Source of the DNA: Azolla caroliniana
Lineage: Eukaryota > Plantae > Polypodiophyta
Assembly: GCA_043228905.1 (NCBI GenBank)
Contig: JBHGNT010000013.1
Location: 9,548,001-9,612,000 of the forward strand
DNA: 64,000 bases
Direction of reading: 5' to 3'
The translations under genes and the position numbers were made by a program. The notes under the pieces are model-generated. The model ran no database searches. It saw only the letters and a program-made list of their open reading frames with translations, and was not told the DNA's origin. Within the stretch, counting starts at the first letter, position 1. Every line of letters begins with the position of its first letter. Positions 35,570 through 46,743 of this stretch are shown piece after piece.

Positions 35570-37685
35570 TCTCAGTGGGTTTCCGGAATCTCCCGGTTTC
35601 AGCTTGTACACCCACTTGTTTTGGAGTGCTCTCTTTCCTTTCGGGAACTCCGTCAGTTCATATGTGTGGTTCTCATGCAGGGAATCCATCTCATCCTGCA
35701 TGGCACTCAACCCCTTGCGGTTATGGGTGCCTCTCTTTGCTTCTTCGAAGCTTTCCGGCTCCCCCTCATCGGTTAGCAACACATGCTCTGCATCCGGAAA
35801 TCTCCGGGGGGCTCTTCTCTCTCTGAGAGGATATCTTCATCCTTGGTTTTTGACTTCCGGTTCCTCCGTTTGTTCCTCATCCGAATCCAATTCGGGATCT
35901 TGTTCGGTTCCGGTGTCTTCTTCTTCTTCTTCTTCGGTCGGTTCAGTTTCTTGTCCGTATCCGGTCGGTTCGTCCAGTGTCATCTGGTTACCGGCTAACA
36001 TCCAGTTTTCAACTGGGTATATCCTTGTGTCCTCAAGCCGGTTTTCATTGGATGATCCGGAGTTCATCACCATCTTCTCCGACTCCCAATCGGCAATGGT
36101 CCTGTCTTCCATGAAGACTATGTCCCCGACTCTGGAACACCTTATCGACCAGATTCCACACCCGGTAACCGAACTCATCATCGCTGTATCCAAGCAATAT
36201 GCATGGCCTAGACTTCGGACCTAGCTTTGCTCTCTTGTCCTTTGCAACATGTAGGTACGCGAGACACCCAAACACCTTTAGAACCGGTAAGACACGTCCT
36301 TACCGGTCCATACTCTTTGCAGTGTATCTCCATCCAAGGTTAATGAGGGTGATCTGTTTATCACATAGGTCGCCGGCATTAGCGCCTCAACCCAAAATGT
36401 CTTGGGTAACTTTGCATATGCCAACATTCTCTGGGTTCTCTCCATCACGGTTTGGTTCATTCGTTCGGTCAGCCCGTTTAGTTCCGACATCTTCGGCACG
36501 GTAAATTCGACCTGCAGTACTCCTCGTCATCTATGAACGTCACGAAGTACTGCGCTCCGGCATGTGACTTCGTGTCCACTTGACACACATCTGTATTCAC
36601 CAACTCCAGTGGTGCATTCTGTCTCATCGGTGGTCTTGACCGGAAGGAGGTTCGGTTTTGCTTGCCAGCAAGACAATCGGTGCACTTATCAAATTGCACG
36701 TCCTTCACCAGAATGAGATTGTCTTCGACAAGTCTCTTCATCCCCTTCTGGTTCATATGACACAGTCTCTTGTGCCACAGCTCACCGGTAGTGTCAGATG
36801 CTACATACACTTCTTCCTTGCATATCTGGGCATTCATCAAGTACATTGTGTTGACCTTCCGGGCTCGAGCCACTATTAGGATCCCTTTGCTGAACTTCAT
36901 GACTCCATTCCGGATGCTACCCGTTTAGCCTTCATCATCTAGCCGACCGATTGATATCAGGTTCAGTCGAACCTCCGGAATGTGTCGAACATCCTTCAGC
37001 AGCAACTTGCATCCAGTTGATGTCATCAACAACACATCTCCTATGCCGACAATTCGGCATGTACCTTCATTCCCCATCCGGACACAACCATGATCTCCAA
37101 TTGTGTAGGATGAGAAGCACCTCCGGTCTGGTGTCAGGTGGAATGACGCTCCGGAATCGACAACCCACATTGTCTCATCGCCGAAAGGATTAACTCATTC
37201 TCTTCGGTAATGGGCATCAGTTCTTTTTCACTTGTCGTGATTGCCGACATTCCCTTTTGATTTGGGCCTCTCCGGTCCAAACCATTTCGGTCCAAACTCT
37301 TCTTTGAATCTATACTGTTGGTTTCTTTCTCTTTCCGGAAATGCCGACAGTTCTTCTGGAAGTGCCCCGACTTCCCACTATAGAAGCAAGTAGGCCTCCC
37401 CCTTGACTTCGACCTTGTCTCTAATTTGTCTCGGTTTTGGGGACTCCAATATTGGCCTCTTCCCCGATTGTGGTCATCTTCCGTGACCAAGGCCTTCGGA
37501 TCGGTTCTGGACTCCCGGTCCTTCCGGTGAGCTTCTTCATCTAGCAAGCTTGACTTGACTCTTGCTAGGGACAACTGTTTTCCTTCCGGCCCGGCGTTGC
37601 CCAGCGTGACAACTAGTGTCTCCCAACTATCCGGGAGGGAACCGAGTAGGAGTAATGCGAGTACCTCATCGGTAAGAGGTACTTC

Positions 37686-38507
37686 CATGGTTGTTTACGT
37701 ACCCGTATTTAACATTTAAATACGTATAGTACCTCATAATTTGTATAGTACATACTATACCTCAATGTTGTTCAGTCAAATATCATGTACATTTGTCCAA
37801 TACGGTATTTAATGTACATTTGAAAAAATGGGTATAATATGTTTTTATAAAAAAATGTAAGTAAACCCCCAACAAAAAGCAAAGGAAAAAAAAATTTAGT
37901 GAAAAAGAAGCAAAACGAAGGAAGAAAGAAGAACAAAAGAGATGACGACAAAGAAGAAGGAGAAAAGAGAGAGAAAAGAAGGCAGAAACCTGTCCTGACT
38001 CTTAGCGTGATAATTGCAAAAGATAGAAGAAGATGATGATGATGAATAAGAGAGAAAAGTAGAGAGAAACCTACAATGAGTGTTATAATCGTAGACGATT
38101 CCTCAATCTATGTAGGCATAATAGTAAAGAATTACAATTTGAAGTAGAACATTGTGATACTCACTTACACTTATTTATAGAACAAGTGAATGTCGACATC
38201 CATATTATAAAGTATTTTAGGTTGTGAAATTTTCAAATGTCTTATATGCATTTTAGGATGTAGAACTATAATGTACATCACAAAATTGTGTAAACATAGA
38301 TGCTTTTTACAATATTACGAATATTTTTTAGAAAGGTAAATAATTTTCAAATTCTAGAAGTATTTAACATACTATACGTAAAATACGTATTTTATAAGTA
38401 TTTAACATATTAAAAAACGTATTTAATGTATTTTTAAATTGGGAGGTACTATACACGTATTAATACGTTATATACGTATGGTATCCGTACCGTACCTAAC
38501 AACCTTG
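37686..38507. mobile_element. Non-autonomous hAT-type DNA transposon (822 bp)
   Basis: TIR CATGGTTGTT / AACAACCTTG, 8-bp TSD GGTACTTC (37678-37685 / 38508-38515), TACGTA/CCGTA subterminal motifs, AT-rich non-coding interior. Confidence 0.88.
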
Positions 38508-39757
38508 GGTACTTCCAACGAGGTTTCTTGGTGGATCAATTCCTGGAAAGCATTCATGTGCTCCACCATATTGGAGCCGTCCTAGTACCAGAGCCTCACT
38601 AGCTTTCGGAATACCGAAACCCGATTAACGACACTCTCAAACTGGAACATGATGCCGATCTTCTCCTAGATTTCATGAGCCTTGCTCTCTTCATTGAAGT
38701 TGTTGTATAGGCTCATGTCGATGAAGCACCGGATGTATGTCATCGTCTTCATGTGCATCACCTCCCACACTGTGGCGTCGATCTTATCCGGTCTCTTGTC
38801 CTCGAACTGAACCGGCAACCAAAGATCTTTAACACCAGCATATCCCTCATCTTCGACTTCCACACTCAGTAGTTGGAGTCGGTGAGCTTGAACATGTCGC
38901 CGAATGATTCTTCCATTTCCTGTGTTGTTCTCTCTGATACGAGATTGTGAAGAAAAGCGTGGAATATTGCTCGGCCACAACTGAGACTTGAATCACAGAA
39001 ATGGGAAGTAGAGAGTACACAATATTTACGTGGAAAACCCTAATAGGGTAAAAAACCACGGGAGCCCACAAACTCCAAACTATCACTATATGAGAAAGGT
39101 ACAATCAGAGACTCGGAGGCAACGACCTCAAGCTTTGTTTCTTCGTCGAGCGGCAGTTACAACAGAGTATCGCTCTGTATCTCTATCTCTCTCTATACAT
39201 CAGTTATACACATACAAAATATGACAACAACTACCAACACACAAAAGTGATTGCCCTAAGCCATATATATACTTATATGAACTTAGGGCTATTTACAAAT
39301 ATAGCCTCAATAGGCTTACTGAAAACATATTTACAAGTATGTCTTCTCTTCCGGTTCTCACTAGGTCCATCCGATCCAGTTTCCGGATCTCTTCCGGTTC
39401 TCATCGGGTCCTCTTCATTTATAACCGGATCCCATCTGGAGGGACCGATTTCCCAACAACAGTGTCATGGCAGTCAAGACATTAGAAGTTTGTGGCCTTG
39501 TTGACCACAAAGGCAACAAAGTATATGGTAGTGGTAGAGGCCAGCAAAGAGCTGATTTGGATGAGAAATTTTCTCAGTGAGTTGCGAATGAAGCAAAGGG
39601 AGTTCTTGGTTCACTTCGACAGCCAGAGCGCCATACATCTAGCCAAGAATGTTGCATACTACTCCCCGACCAAACATATACAAAGGGGGTATCATTGGTT
39701 ACGGGAGAAAGTGGAGCAAGGAGAGTTTACCCTCATGAAGATCCATACTAACAACAA

Positions 39758-40599
39758 TGATCCGAGAGCGCATTCTAGCTGGCGATGTCGACCTACAACA
39801 TATTAGCACCAATCTTCAAACGGTCGACATCTTCACTAAAGCTTTAGTAGCCGACAAGCTATGGCAATTCATGACCGATCTCGGATTGACGATCCCTGAC
39901 CTGCCAAGCTTGAGGGGGAGTACGCAAGACACTACGCAATAATGCGTAGATTCCGCAACCACGCACTACGCAATAATGTGTGGATTCCGCAAACCACGCA
40001 ATGAAGCCGCGAAGAGCCGATCTACCGCGCAAAACCGCGAAGAAAGACGCAAGCCAAAGCACAAACTTCGCAACTACGCACAGTGCAAGCTGGAGCACGG
40101 AATCCACAACTCCGCATAAAGCGAGTCGTCGCGGACTTCGGAACGCGAGTCGAAGCGGATTTCGGATACCGTCTGAAACCGACCCGACTTGAGCTTGAGG
40201 GGGCGTGTTGAGGATCAAGCTGAACTTGGTCTAAAGTGTGAACTCACCTTGAGAGTGAATAGACACTCCAACGGTCAAGAGTCACCATTAAGTCACCTCT
40301 TTGTATTCTAGCATTTAGTATGAGTCATAGAATCATATTCTATGACACATAACTTATGAGCTTTCACATTCCCCATGCTCCATGAGCCTTGTAGTTAATG
40401 AAGAGAGAGGGTGACTATATAAAGCACCCTCCTCCCACCTTGTATCGAGTTGAGTCTTTCTCCTTTGTTAATATACTCTTACCTTGTGTATTCTCTGTGT
40501 CTTATTCCTTGTCTCTCTCTCACTCTCTCTCTCTATCTCATACACACACATAACTCATATCTCTTCCACTTCACAAGAATCCATATCCTATTCTTTACA
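39758..40599 (+). mobile_element. 3' end of the second copia family (RNase H tail, 3' UTR, LTR 40206-40599) fused to C1 RNase H
   Basis: IRERILAGDVDLQHISTNLQTVDIFTKAL..LRGS, homologous to 25020-25180. PPT GAGGGGGCG, then TGTTGAGG. Confidence 0.75.
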
Positions 40600-40855
40600 C
40601 ACTCGATATATGGGGCGAAAGCGATGACAACGGATATTTCAGCGGCTTTCTCACAAACCTTGGTGTGACTTTGGCCAATGTAGGAACATATGTGGTTTGG
40701 TTGCCTTATGAATGGAATGATGCTTTTTGTTAAAGGAATTTCTGCAAATGGATGTATTGTTTATTTCCATATTCAACAAGAATATAAATTGTAGCCTTAT
40801 ACACCCTCAGATAATTTACTCTAGAACCTGGTCACTATGTCAGTTAGGGTGATTT

Positions 40856-42590
40856 TGTCACAGACACACCAACACTAGACTACGACAAAGCACAAATAAC
40901 GAGGCAACGAATGTGGAACTCGACGTGATGAGGTTAGAAACTCTGAAAGTTGGGAGTGACGAGATGAGGAACTTAAGAAGCTTGGAACGATACAAGAACA
41001 AGGAGAGAAGACAAAGATGTAAATAAAGGAGAGAAGATGGGGCAAAACGAGAATACTAGATTGATGTGTCAATGACTGGCGTTGAATCCCTTGAAAGGGA
41101 TCAAGGAAGTTACAAGTATTGATACCTGTTTGTGGCCTCTACATGTAGTTCCATGCATCGACCCATTTTGATGTAGAAGCTTCTGGAGCTTTCTAGAAGC
41201 TTCTAAAAACTCCTAGAACTTCTAATACATAATCTACTAATAATCTACTAAGATATAAATAATATAACCATGTATTTGGATGTCTTGGTTAGAATATAAC
41301 ACTTAACTATATACAAGAGGTGAAGAGTTCAAATCTTGACATGATTTTTATCATGTTCGTGACATTATCCTCCCATTTACGACCACCTCTTCGAAAGCAT
41401 GGTGTAGGGGTGAGCTGAAAGAGAAAACCGGAGTAGGTTGAGGAGTGGTTGAATGTGCAGTCCTCACGAGAGAATGGAACACAAGTGAACATGAGTGACC
41501 ATGTGTGGTCCTCATTGGGAATTGAAGAACCAACAAGCGTGAGCGACCATGTGCAGTTCTCACCAGAGACACAAACACCAAAGGGTGTGAGCGACCATGT
41601 GTAGTCATCACCGGAAACACGAACACCAACGAGCGTGAGCGACCATGTGCGGTCCTCACCGGGAACTGTGACACTTGACGTCGATGAAGGCTAGGAAAAG
41701 TATTGTCGATGACGCCACCAAGAGCTGCTAAAGATTATGATGTCGAAGAAGAAGCAATGAAGACAATGATGTTGAGGAAACATCTCTGGAAGCAATGATT
41801 GTGACTATGGCAATGATGGAAACAAAGAAATAGATGATGACGATAAGAAACACAGAGATCGAAATGTTGAGGATTAAAAAAACACAAAGACAGAGATATA
41901 GAGGATGATAGAAAACACAATGACAAGGACAAAGATGATAAGAAACACAGAGATCGAAATGTTGAGGATTAAAAAAACACAAAGACAGAGATATAGAGGA
42001 TGATAGAAAACACAATGACAGGGACAAAGATGATAAGAAACACATAGATAGGGATGATGATGATAAGAAAAAATAAATAGATATGAAAACAGCAAGAAAC
42101 ACACGGAGAAGGATGACAATGACAAAAAATGCAGAGATAGGGATGTGGAAGGTGATAAGAAGTGCAAAGATAGGGATGATGATGATAAGAAACACGGAGA
42201 TAGATATGTGGAGGATGAGAAGAAACTAAAAAACATAGACGATGAGGAGGAGAACCTAAAAGACAGAGACAAAGATGAGATGGTGAGGAAGATAGGAAAC
42301 GAAGGGATGTTGATGGCGGTAACTCTGGAAGCAAGGACAAATAACGATGGTAACTCTAGAAGCAAGGACGATCATGAAAACGGGTGATGCTTCTAGTTGG
42401 AAGGGATACAAACTGCCGCGAACACACCAAAGCTAGACTACGGCAAAGCATAGATGGTGAGGCTACGACCGATAAGGTTATGAACGTGGAACTCGATGTG
42501 ATGATGCTAGAAACTCGGGAACTTGGAAGTGACAAGATGAGGAACTTAAGTGTTGATCGTAAACGAATCGACAATCCACAAGAAAGGAAT
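40856..42590 (-). mobile_element. Small non-coding LTR element (TRIM/LARD-like): LTR 40856-41364, partial second LTR from 42414
   Basis: TGTCACAGAC...GTTCGTGACA termini, PPT-like 41365-41374. 42414-42590 repeats 40856 onward. The interior has ~60-bp and 111-bp repeats and no pol motifs. Confidence 0.6.
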
Positions 42591-44797
42591 GTGTTGGAAT
42601 ACACAGTTCGAAACATGTAAGAAAATGTGCACATATTTTAGGTGGAAACCATAAAAGCGGGAGAAAACCACGTAGAACGGAGCTTCACTATATATATATA
42701 GTAGATATACAATGACGGGATTAGAGTACAACAATCTCTACTCCGAGTGTATCAGCAGCGCAGGGCTCTTGGCGTATGCTCTTACAGAACACGACTATAG
42801 CGTCGCTTGCTCATAGTCTCTCTTCACGTTCTCACTCTTCTCTATCGTTCTCTACCACGGAGGATAACCCATTGTTGTGCCTCACTCACACAATTAACAC
42901 TACTTGCCCTAGGTGTATTTATACTTATACCTTGTATGGGCTATTTACAAATGTAGCCACTACTACTATTACCTATAATAATAAGTGGCCATCAATCGAC
43001 CCGAGTGTTGATTGTCCAGCCGATTCGACTAGTCGGCCTAGTCATTGACCATTTGGTTGGCCCGACTAGTCGGTTGCGTCTTCGACCAGGATCTCCTTTC
43101 TGTCGACTCTTCAACTATCGGTACTCGGCCCGAGCAGTTTGCTCCTCCCATTGGAGGGACATATTCCTAACAAACTTCCCCTTTACTCTTGTGGGGAGGG
43201 GTATGTTATTCTTGTCCTCTGTCAACAGACTCTGAGTCTGTCCAGCAGTAGGTTCTTTGTCAGCATGTCGGATCCATTGTCATAAGTATGGATCTTCACG
43301 AGGGTAAAATCTCCTTCTTCGACTTTATCCTGCAACCAATGATACCTTCTCTGGATGTGCTTGGTCCGGGAATAGTATGCAACATTCTTGGCTAGGTGTA
43401 TGGCACTCTAGTTGTCACAATGAAGCAAGAAATCCCTTTGCTTCATTCCCAACTCGCTGAGAAAGTTTCTCATCCAAATCAGCTCCTTGCCAGCCTCTAT
43501 CACTGCCATATACTCTGCTCTGTGGTCGACAAGGCCACAAACTTCTACAGTCGTGACTGCCACAACACTGCTCCCCCTACATAGGTCACATCATGTAACC
43601 TGACGTGGATCGGCTTGAATCTACATCCCCCGACATATCCGAGTCAGTAAACCCTTCGAGCATTGGTTTTCCAACACCATACCTTAGACATACCCTCGAG
43701 GTGCCTTTTAAGTAGCTAAGTATCCACTTCAGCACTTCCCAATGTTCTCTTCTTGGATTACTCATGTATCAGCTTACTATTCCCACAACAAAAGCTATGT
43801 CTAGTCTCGTTCAAACCATAGCATACATTAGACTACCAACGGCTGAGGCATATGGTACTTTCCTCATCTCAACCTTTTCTTTCTCCCTTCTCGAGCATTG
43901 CTTTGCATTTAACTTGCTGTTAGTCAGTAACACAGAGCTGATCGGCTTTGCTTCTGTCATGTTGAAACTTTCTAGGATCTTCGTCATGTATTTCTCTTGA
44001 GACAACCACAACACTTTCTTAGTTTTGTCCCGAACTATGTGCATCCCTAATATCTGTTTAATTGGACCAAGATCTTTCATGACAAATTACTTGCCTAGAG
44101 CTTTCTTCAAGCTTCCAATTGTTAGGAAACAGGTCCCTCTGGATGGGAAGTGAGAAGAATAGTGTTGATGAGCAAACTCGGCCAAGGCTAATAGGCCGAG
44201 GCCGAAACCAGATGTGGAGTACCCGGCAACGGAAGACCCGGTGAGAACCAGATGACGAGTACCCGGCAAGAGCCGGATGGTGAAGGCCCGGAGAGAAGTT
44301 CTCACCAAATGAAGGGACATATTCGTAAATATGTTTTCTGAGAGTCCATCAGGGCTATATTTGTAAATAGCCGAAAATTCATATTAGTATAAATATGACT
44401 TAGGGCAAACTTAGTGTTGTAGTAGTTGTCATTCTTGTTGGTGCAAGATTTGAGTGTGTAACTGTGTACAAAGAGAGAGAGAGAGAGAGAGAGGAAGAGG
44501 TCGTTGCCTCTGTTGTAACCGCCGCCTGTGGCGAAGAAAGCAAGCTCGAGGTCGTTGCCTTGGTGCTTTACTATTGTACATTGTGATATAGTGATAGTTT
44601 GTAGTCTGTGGGCTGTCGTGGTTTTTCCCTAGTTTGGGTTTTCCATGTTAACATCCCGTGTACTCTTCTCTTTACTGTGTTGTGCGTTCATTACCCATTT
44701 TCTATGTTTGATTCTAGCCTCAGTTGTGGCCGAGCGTTGTTCATCGGGAGCGTGTGTTCCTATCAAAGTGGTATCAAAGCAAAACGACACAGAAAAA

Positions 44798-45610
44798 TGG
44801 ACGATTTGTTGGGAGGCATGTTCAAGCTCACCGGCTCCAACTATTCGGTGTGGAAGTCGAAGATGAGGGACATGCTCGTGGTTAAAGATCTTTGGTTGCC
44901 AGTTCAGTTCAGGGACAAGAGACCGGACAAAATCGACGCCACGATATGGGAGGTGATGCACATGAAGACAACGGCGTACATACGGTGCTTCATCGACATG
45001 AGTCTATACAACAACTTCAATGAAGAGAGCAAGGCTCATGAGCTCTGGGAGAAGATCAGCATTATGTTTCAAAACAAAAATGTTGTTAATCAGGTTTCGG
45101 TATTTCGGAAGCTAGTAAGACTCCGGTACCAAGATGGCTCCAGCATGGCGGAGCACATGAATGCCTTCCAGGGGCTGATCCACCAGGCAACATCATTGGA
45201 AGTACCTCTCGCCGATGAGGTACTAGCGCTACTCCTGCTCGGTTCCCTCCCAGATAGCTGGGAGACATTGGTTGTCACTTTGGGCAACGCCGGACCGGAA
45301 GGGAAACGGTTATCCCTAGCAAGAGTGAAGTTGAGCTTGCTAGATGAGGAGGCGCGTCAGAAAGATAAGGATACGAGCTCTGACTCCAAAGCGCTCCTTA
45401 CCGAATCGGAACACGAAAGACAAAGGAACCATAGCTCCCAGAACCGGGAAAAGTCGAGGACACAGTCAAAGTCAAGGGGCAGGCCTACTTGCTTCTATTG
45501 CGGCAAGCTGGGACACTTCCAGAAGAACTGTCGGCACTTCCGAAAAGACAAGCAAACCGACGGTACCGATTCGAAATGGACACCGGAACGGAACGATAAA
45601 GATCGGTTTA
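44798..45610 (+). CDS. gag: copia Gag of C5 (open frame)
   Basis: MFKLTGSNYSVWKSKMRDML, LLLLGSLPDSW, CFYCGKLGHFQKNC knuckle. Confidence 0.85.
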
Positions 45611-46743
45611 GCGTTTACAACACCAACCGGATGCAAGCTGCTGCTGAAGGATGTTATCTTCATGGAGGACAAGACCCTTGCCGATTGGGAGTCGGAGAAG
45701 AAGATAATGAACTCCGATGAGATTCGGACACACCTGGCTAAGAGCCGGTTGACACTCGAGGAACCAGCCGGTTACGGTGACGATACCGAACTGGTAGAAG
45801 AAGAAGTAGAGGAAGCTGAAATCGGAACCGGCCAAGATCTCGAATCGGATTCGGATGAAGAACAAATAGAGGAGCCAGTTGCCAAAAGCCAAAGATGGAG
45901 ATATCCTCTCAGAGAGAGAAGGGCCCCCCGGAGATTTCCGGATGCTGAGCATGTGCTGCTAACCGATGAGGGAGAGCCGGAAAGCTTCGAAGAAGCGAAG
46001 GATGACACCCACAGCCGCAAATGGTTAAGTGTCATGCAGGATGAGATGGATTCCCTGCATGAGAACCATACATACGAATTGGTGGAGTTGCCGAAAGGAA
46101 AGCGAGCACTCCGAAACAAGTGGGTGTACAAGTTGAAACCGGGAGATGCCGGCAACCCCCCGAGACACAAAGCCAGGATCGTGGTGAAGGGGTTCCAGCA
46201 AAAGAAGGGCATGGACTTCGACGAGATATTTGCCCTAGTAGTAAAGATGACCTCCATCCGGACGGTGCTGAGTATAGTGGCAAGCATGGACCTCGAGGTA
46301 GAGCAGCTGGACGTGAAGACGACATTCCTTCACGGTGACCTCGAAGAGGAGATCTACATGCAGCAACCGGAAGGATTCGTGGAGAAAGTGAAGGAGCACC
46401 TGGTTTGCCGGTTGAAGAAGAGCCTGTACGGACTAAAGCAAGCTCCCCGACAATGGTACCGGAAGTTCGACTCCTTCATGACCAATCAAGGGTACCACAA
46501 GACACAGGTTGATCATTGTGTGTTTGTGAAGAAGTTCGAAGGAGGCGACTTCCTGATACTCCTTCTGTACGTGGATGACATGTTGATCGTCGGACGGGAC
46601 CAAGCCAAAATACGGATGTTGAAGAAGGCTCTCAACCGAACTTTTGCGATGAAGGACTTGGGTCCTGCAAGACAGATACTGGGGATGCACATCATCCGGG
46701 ACCGGTCAAAGAAGCAATTGTGGTTGTCACAAGAGAAATACGT

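Larger units (their letters stand above)
33559..38908 (-). pseudogene. copia gag-PR-INT-RT-RH polyprotein of C2, frameshifted
   Basis: LLLLGSLPDSW, WVVDSGASFH, LWHKRLCH, NGLTERMN, QLDVKTTFLH, YMDDML, YCDSQSAIHL. Confidence 0.92.
33052..39458 (-). mobile_element. Full-length degenerate Ty1/copia element C2; LTRs 33052-33548 and 38946-39458
   Basis: Paired LTRs, TSD GCAGT/ACAGT, PPT 33549-33560, decayed tRNA-iMet PBS near 38932-38943. Confidence 0.92.
16100..39757 (+). mobile_element. Degenerate Ty1/copia (Tnt1/Tork-like) host element C1, split by nested insertions
   Basis: LTR remnant ~16100-16429, PBS TGGTATCAAAGC 16433-16444 (tRNA-iMet), integrase remnant ~16670-17140, RT 23799-24550 (YVDD) and 32645-33051, RNase H 39459-39757. 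The segments are colinear across the TSDs. Confidence 0.82.

Noticed and set aside
41728-42387. Hydrophobic (env/membrane-like) or D/K-rich ORFs
   Set aside because: Low-complexity purine-rich repeats open frames on both strands. There is no domain signal.
24546-46743. Insertion hotspot in copia RT (EKYVTK region hit in both C1 and C5)
   Set aside because: Only two events, from different families with different TSD lengths. Chance cannot be excluded.
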